DNA from: Trichinella spiralis
Taxonomy: Eukaryota
Direction of reading: 5' to 3'
Length of the DNA stretch: 64,000 nt
Assembly (NCBI RefSeq): GCF_000181795.1
Contig: NW_003526943.1
Location: forward strand, 6,602,122 to 6,666,121
Part shown: one piece after another, positions 57,680 to 64,000 of the stretch
Layout: each line of letters begins with the position of its first letter
Numbering within the stretch: position 1 is the stretch's first letter
Notes under the pieces: model-generated
Told to the model about the DNA's origin: nothing
Seen by the model: only the letters and a program-made list of their open reading frames with translations
Databases searched by the model: none
Position numbers and translations under genes: made by a program

Positions 57680-59400
57680 TCCGTTTGCTCTAATTTCCGG
57701 ATGTTATTAGTAAATGGTTAGCCTGTAAAGAAGCAAATAAAAATAAATAGTAGCTCACGTGTTAACATTGACAGGCTGCTGCTACCCTTATACATCTTAA
57801 AATTACATTAACTGTTGGTGGAGATACAGCCTAAGACGCGTGCTCTCCAATCTCCAATTAGCCTAAAATTCACCGATACGAAGTGTTGGAATCGTACTGT
57901 AGTTGCAGTAATCCCATGACGGTGGAACTAAATTCACTGTATCCACAGGGTATGAGTGCAATGAATTGGTGTAGGAGATGGATTTCTAAGCATTGCAGCA
58001 GAGTCACTGTCCATATTTTAGATATCTGGTAGTGTGATGCATATTTGTAATTTGGCGCTTTAATGATAATAAAATAATTGTGAAATTCATAAAACAAGAG
58101 TATATTAAAACCTGAATAAAATGCTCAATCAGTGCATCAAGCATACCATGCAACAAATTGAGCATGTTGCGCAGTTAGCGGATTTGTTTCATATTTTTCA
58201 TCTTTAACGGATGTTATTCATATAAATAAATAACAATTAACGTTTTGTTCAAAACATGATTTTTGTGCTTCGATAACCAAAGCAAACAATGAGTTTGCAG
58301 TTATTTCCGGATGTTATTACTAAACGTTAACTGCTGAAGAAGCAATTTGAAATAATCATTCACTTGTCAACATTGGAACATTTCTCTTATATATTTGTAA
58401 AAGAACATTAGCCATGGGTACAGATACGGCCGAATGCACGTCATCTGATACCGGTTGAATTAGTAACATGAGCACCGACGTGAAGTGTTCGTTCCAGAGT
58501 TTCTATTGTGCCCAAAGAGTATGGGTGCAATAACATCCCTACATCGGGATGTAAAACCCGGAAACAACATCTTTTTGATTTCACAAAGCTCTCAACGTGT
58601 TTTATGCTTGTAAATTGGCTCTTTGAAGAACATAAAATAATTTTGAAGTCCACGAAACAAATTGTAATTTTAAACTTGAATAAAATGCATAAGCAATAAT
58701 GCACCAAGCATACAATGCAACAAATTGAACAAGTTGCGCAATTAACGCGGACTGTTTTTATATTTTTTATCTTTAACAGATATGATTAATAAATAATTAA
58801 TAATATGGAAGTAACTGAAAATAATTATCGACTTGTCAACATTGGAACCTTTCATTTATGTATTTGTAAAGAATATTAGCCGTGGGTACAGATACGGCCG
58901 AATGCACGTCATCTGATACCGGTTGAATTAGTAACATGAGCACCGACGTGAAGTGTTCGTTCCAGAGTTTCTATTGTGCCCAAAGAGTATGGGTGCAATA
59001 ACATCCCTACATCGGGATGTAAAACCCGGAAACAACATCTTTTTGATTTCACAAAGCTCTCAACGTGTTTTATGCTTGTAAATTGGCTCTTTGAAGAACA
59101 TAAAATAATTTTGAAGTCCACGAAACAAATTGTAATTTTAAACTTGAATAAAATGCATAAGCAATAATGCACCAAGCATACAATGCAACAAATTGAACAA
59201 GTTGCGCAATTAACGCGGACTGTTTTTATATTTTTTATCTTTAACAGATATGATTAATATAATTAAATTTCCCTATTTTTACTCATGCTAGAAAACTAAA
59301 AGAAAACTTGTTTTATTGTCGTAAGCATGATTTTTGCGTTTCAGTAAGCAACATGTATCGATCAGTTTGCTGCATTTTGTAAATGTTGCTATGAAATTGT
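57680..59400. repeat. Repeat cluster 2: diverged unit D and near-identical units E, F (468-bp period)
   Basis: 58441-58707 and 58909-59175 give identical ORF translations; cores at about 57809, 58409 and 58877. 58045-58870 is near-identical to 50955-51780. Confidence 0.93.
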
Positions 59401-60091
59401 TAGCTGCTGATGGAAGGAGTTAAAAATGAAATGTCCGTTATTAACTCTAGAGTATTATCGATACTGATAAGGAGCAAAATAATGGAAAAATGATTACAGC
59501 ATCAGCCGCAAAAGAACCTTTTCAATTTGCATCCTGTAATATACTAATGTTATGGTATTTTAAAAATTCCAACAGCTATACATCAGCGATATACAATACG
59601 TGATTTTAATAATACTGATAATAACACAACAGCTGTAAATACATTGCAGTGAAATAACAAACATGGCTGACTAAATAGAACATGTTGGCGTCTTCTTCTT
59701 TTTCTTCATTTTCATCCATATATAATAAATATTGGAAAAAGAAATTTTTTTTAGCGAAACAGTTGTATTGAAAAGATGTTTCCATTCGTAGTGAACAGTG
59801 AAAATGAACAATGACTACAAAAGACAAAATCCGTCGCCAACTGTCACATCTACAGAGCACTTTTGAAAACAAAACACACTGATTAATCGAAGTAATAAAT
59901 CACTGTTTTGCATTTTTTAAAACCAAAAAAAATTAAAATATCTATTATACAGATAAAATGTTCTAAACTGATATCATTTCTATTAAAAATTTTACTGTTC
60001 AATAATAATGATGATACTTGATGAATATTGATAACTCCAACTGATGATGTGCAAGATGAAGCTAGTATATGGTCATCATCTATCTGTACAC

Positions 60092-63000
60092 TCAAGCTGA
60101 CATGGCGTTGGTTTCGGCTGCGGCAACTTCAGCGCCTTTTTAAAAAATTACATATTACATGAATAATATATTTTCACAAACAAATGATGGAAGTTTTATA
60201 AATAAATTAAATAATGCAATGAATAAACATTCATTCACTTTCACTCATGTTGGTTAATTTTTACCTTCAACCTCAACACTGGATTCTTCTATATCCATGG
60301 AATCTTTCTCCGCAGTAACATTCACTTCCATACTGGTGTTGGTTTCCTCCATCGAGTCATTCTCTTGACCATCAGCAACGGCATCAACGTCAACTACCAT
60401 TTCATTTCCTTTGTTTTCTTCTTCTTCTTGGATACGATGATCTTGGTGATCGTTTGTCTTCGAATTCTGCTTACGTCTGCCTCGCCTTTTAGTGCCGCCA
60501 TCTGTATCCGCACGAGCTTTCTTTCCCTCTATCGCCTGCATCACGCCCGACCAATAATCATCCTCCTCGGCGTCGGTCAACAGACGCAATCCCAATGGAT
60601 TTTCTTCCAGCATAAACTGGTCACCTTCGCTTTGAATTTTCGTAAGAACTTCTTGCGCTGCATTTTCATCCCCTTGAAAACGAACTTTCGCCTGCAGAAA
60701 CCACAACAGAGTATAGCATGAAAAAATAATGCAAACATGCAGAATGAGCAGAAGAACTTTTTTATCCAAGCATACTTTCGTATCGCCTCTGCCAAATTCA
60801 ATCCATTCTATTGGTTGATAGTTCGAAAACAGAGCGTGCAACTGATGACGATTCACTCTTGATGGAATATTATCCACATGCAAAACGACACCTTTACGTC
60901 GAGTAACTTTCTAAATCAAAAAAAAGATATAGCGATATATAAAGTTCAGTTGCAAAATAATAAAACACGGAAAAAAGGACAACAAGATCAAATTTAAAAA
61001 GGTGGAGAATGAAAAAAAATGTAAATGCAACGGTAAGTACATTTTCTTTGCGCTTTCTGGAATTTTTCACTGGAGTACTTTCCGTGGATTCCACTTTGGC
61101 TGTCGCTTCGGCTTCATCTTGCTTTTTCTTCACTGCCCTAAAGATGAAAAAAAACAACAGATAAAGAGAAAAAGCCTTTCATTAAAAGCATCTAACTAAA
61201 TAAACCATTACAATTGATGTAAAGTCAACTTGCATTCTTCATACGAAAGACCTTCTCGAGTTAGAAATGATTTCATCTCTTCTACATCACTGAAAATGAC
61301 AAACACGGTTCCCTAAAACAACATTTCACATAAATCAAATGCTATATAGTGGTTAAAATTTAAATAAATAAAATAGACAATTTCGTTCAACATTTCGTCT
61401 AAATGAAAGAAATATCCAGTATTATTAATTAATTAATTAATTCAGTTTTTGAATTGACACTGTTTTACCGTGAAGCTTCGTGATTGGTCCTTCTTGTAAA
61501 TCATGCGAATCGATTCAATTTTTCCCAAAGGATGAAAAAATTCTTCCAATTTATCCAAAGTTACATTTAGTGGAAATTTTTTCTGAAAATAAATCACAGA
61601 CACATTACAAATAATGCCAATGCGCACTTACAAAAAATATTCATAAATTTATAACTGAATTTTTCCATGAAGATTGAAATTAAAGAATAAAAAATTAGAT
61701 TAATAATTTTCTAGCTATTGTACACAACACAACTCACAACAACTGCGGTGCGTTCAGCGCGTGAAGCAATAAATGCATCCCAGTCTGGTACTGGAAAAGA
61801 CAATTTGCGTCGAATATTCAATTGGTCATCGGTCATCTAGAAAAGCTAAATCAAATTTAAAGTTCGCATCGAATACGGTTACTTTGCTAACTTCCAAAAA
61901 GTCGGATTCAGCTTCTTTCAAGGCAGCTACAACAACTGCAACATCATTTGTAAGAGCTTTAATGCGATTAAATGTCATAAACGTTTCCAAAGGAATCCCT
62001 TAACATTCAACAATGTAAAAGGGAAATCTTCAATTTATCCGTCTCTTTAATGAAATTAAATACTTACAACCTGAATCTTTTTCCATTTCTGCACGCAAAA
62101 ATTTGTCAGTGCAAAGATTATCATTGCAGAAATAATACTGAAAAATAATTTATCAGTAAGAAGTAATTTGCATTGTACATCGAGTTGGCAAAACAGAACA
62201 AGTACATTTCATTTTCACCTCACTCTAACATATTTATTTGTTCTATTATTTAATCGAATTTAAAGAACAGTTCATACTTTATAAACTATACCAATACAAG
62301 TGATTTATAATTAAATTTTAATTCATAGTTTCAATAGTTGTTTCTAATTTATTAATCACTACGCGGTTAAATGTGGAAAGTGAATTAGCATTAATTTTGA
62401 ACATAAAACAACCTTTTAGAATAAGCAAAATTCTACTGATCTGCATTAAAAAAATTTTTTTGCCGTTAAATATTTGAAATTAAGAATTTCATCATCATCA
62501 TATTAAAAACTGTTTAAAGTAGCCCGTGATTAGAGATAACATTGTCAAGCATAATAGCATTCAAATTAAAATTCTAATTTATTGCATGACTGCATCACAA
62601 CTATTACCTTAAGCATCATCAATAGCAACAAATAAATATTTAAACGCAAACAAACTATACAATTTATTAGAAACTGCAAGTAAATATTTTGATTTACACC
62701 GCTTAACTCAGCGAATAAACAGAATATAACTACACAAACTTAATTAAAATAAAAAAAAAGTTTAACCATTTATTTAAAACAAAACAAGTAAAAACTATAC
62801 AAAAGTTATTAATCGGGATTCTTAATTAAAAAGTAGTGAAACCTCGCAGTTCTAAAGATTTTACGTTTTAAAAGACAACACATATTACATTAACACTTAA
62901 AAAACTTGATTAAAACTTGTTTTGCAGCATTCGTGAAACATACACAATGAGCTGCTTGAATCAATCACAAATGACAAATGTACCTCCATTTGTTTGCGGA

Positions 63001-63265
63001 TTTTCGCTTTAACAATTTCAATTGGCAGCTCTTGCTTAATTTCATCCTTTGCCTGATTTCCAGCCAAACCATTTTCTTCTGACTTTTCATCATGCACTGC
63101 ATTGTTTGCAGGTGCTGGATCAGCAGCATCTTCTGCAATCAAATCAACTTAAAAAATCTGCAAGCAAATTTAGCAACATCAATTACCGGAAACACTCAAA
63201 TTAGCTTTCTCAGCATCTTGTTCAGTAACTTCGCTAGTCATTTCGTTAGATATGATGTCGGTCAT
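60092..63265 (-). CDS. SSB: La autoantigen homolog (La motif + RRM1 + RRM2), multi-exon
   Basis: KIRKQMEYYFCNDNLCTDKFLRAEM..IPLETFMTFNRIKAL (La motif); FPLNVTLDKL..SFTGTVFVIF (RRM1); VLHVDNIP..IEWIEFGRGDTKAKVRF (RRM2); basic KRRGRRK; short last exon GAEVAAAETNAMSA* ending at 60092. Genuine La favoured over LARP7 on the YYF/IPLE/FNR motifs. Confidence 0.88.
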
Positions 63266-64000
63266 GGCTAACTGCACAAAGCTGTTCAATCTGAAACAAA
63301 TAAACAAAAATTCAGACAAACACACTTTGCACGATGAATCATGCCCACTTGCTTAAATGGTAAAAATGGGTTTTATGCTACAAAAACAACTCTTAATAAA
63401 TTCAAATTCCTCATGAATTAATTTCAGAATACACGTAATTAAATCATACGCATGCAAATTTTATATCAACAATTTCTACAATAGGTGATCATTATTATCG
63501 TCAGTTCATCATCATTTACGACATTATCATAATCATAAGCTCATATTGTAAATGCATATTTTATACTGTGTGAAAAATTCAAGAACTAAAATAATTTATA
63601 TGGTTATTAAAATTGAAAAAAAAGTTTATTATTTTACATATTGTTTTGTTTTATAGAAATTAAATATATTTTTCAATAAATAAAATTGGTATACTGTAGA
63701 AACACTGTATTAATAAAAATGCAGGTATTACACACATTGAAAATATTGTCCTGGTACTCAAATACCGATCTTTTTGCATGGTCAGTTTTTCTTTAGCTTA
63801 GCAAGGAAATTTTATTGCTTAGTTTTCACAAAACAGTTGATTTTTATTGAAAAAATTTATTCTATTATTTCATTTACAAGTAAATAGTAAATAAATAATT
63901 GACAACATGAAATTTATATGCTAAATAAAGGATGCACAAATGGTTGTCGAAACGAATGGACTGAAAAAAAGGCTACAGTTATTCAACTGAATTTAGTTAG

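Noticed and set aside
57826..57868. GCCTAA words in unit D as a telomerase RNA template
   Set aside because: Only 6-8 nt, absent from the other units, and no pseudoknot evident; compatible with chance.
51353..59175. Repeated 63-137 aa ORFs in the 467/468-bp units as a protein family
   Set aside because: The frames are not kept in diverged units B, C and D; no splice structure or known motifs; identity reflects recent DNA duplication.

Overview
Eukaryotic, AT-rich, gene-dense window with short GT-AG introns. Gene content, intron sizes and the Mutator/piggyBac remnants suggest a nematode, probably Trichinella-like (inference, not database-checked). Spliced genes in order: GBF1 (+), RAD51C-like (-), TBC1D5 (+) with a two-LIM gene nested antisense in an intron, TAF9-like (-), myosin essential light chain mlc-5 (-), tRNA-Arg(CCG), TBCK (+), Ral GTPase (-), ERCC1 (-) head-to-head with RECQL (+), and La/SSB (-). 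Transposon relics include Ty3/gypsy, piggyBac, hAT-Buster, MULE and a MITE. The most unusual elements: (1) a ~4.6 kb tandem duplication that copies an unrecognised small secreted two-repeat protein gene and the last two exons of Ral, which remain in frame as a possible alternative 3' end; (2) an array of ~165-nt multi-hairpin units with covarying stems and oligo-T ends, a candidate unannotated Pol III ncRNA family next to La; (3) a ~670 bp decayed-coding insert with a 14-bp target duplication inside a gypsy RT. Exon boundaries were read by eye and may be off by a few bases.
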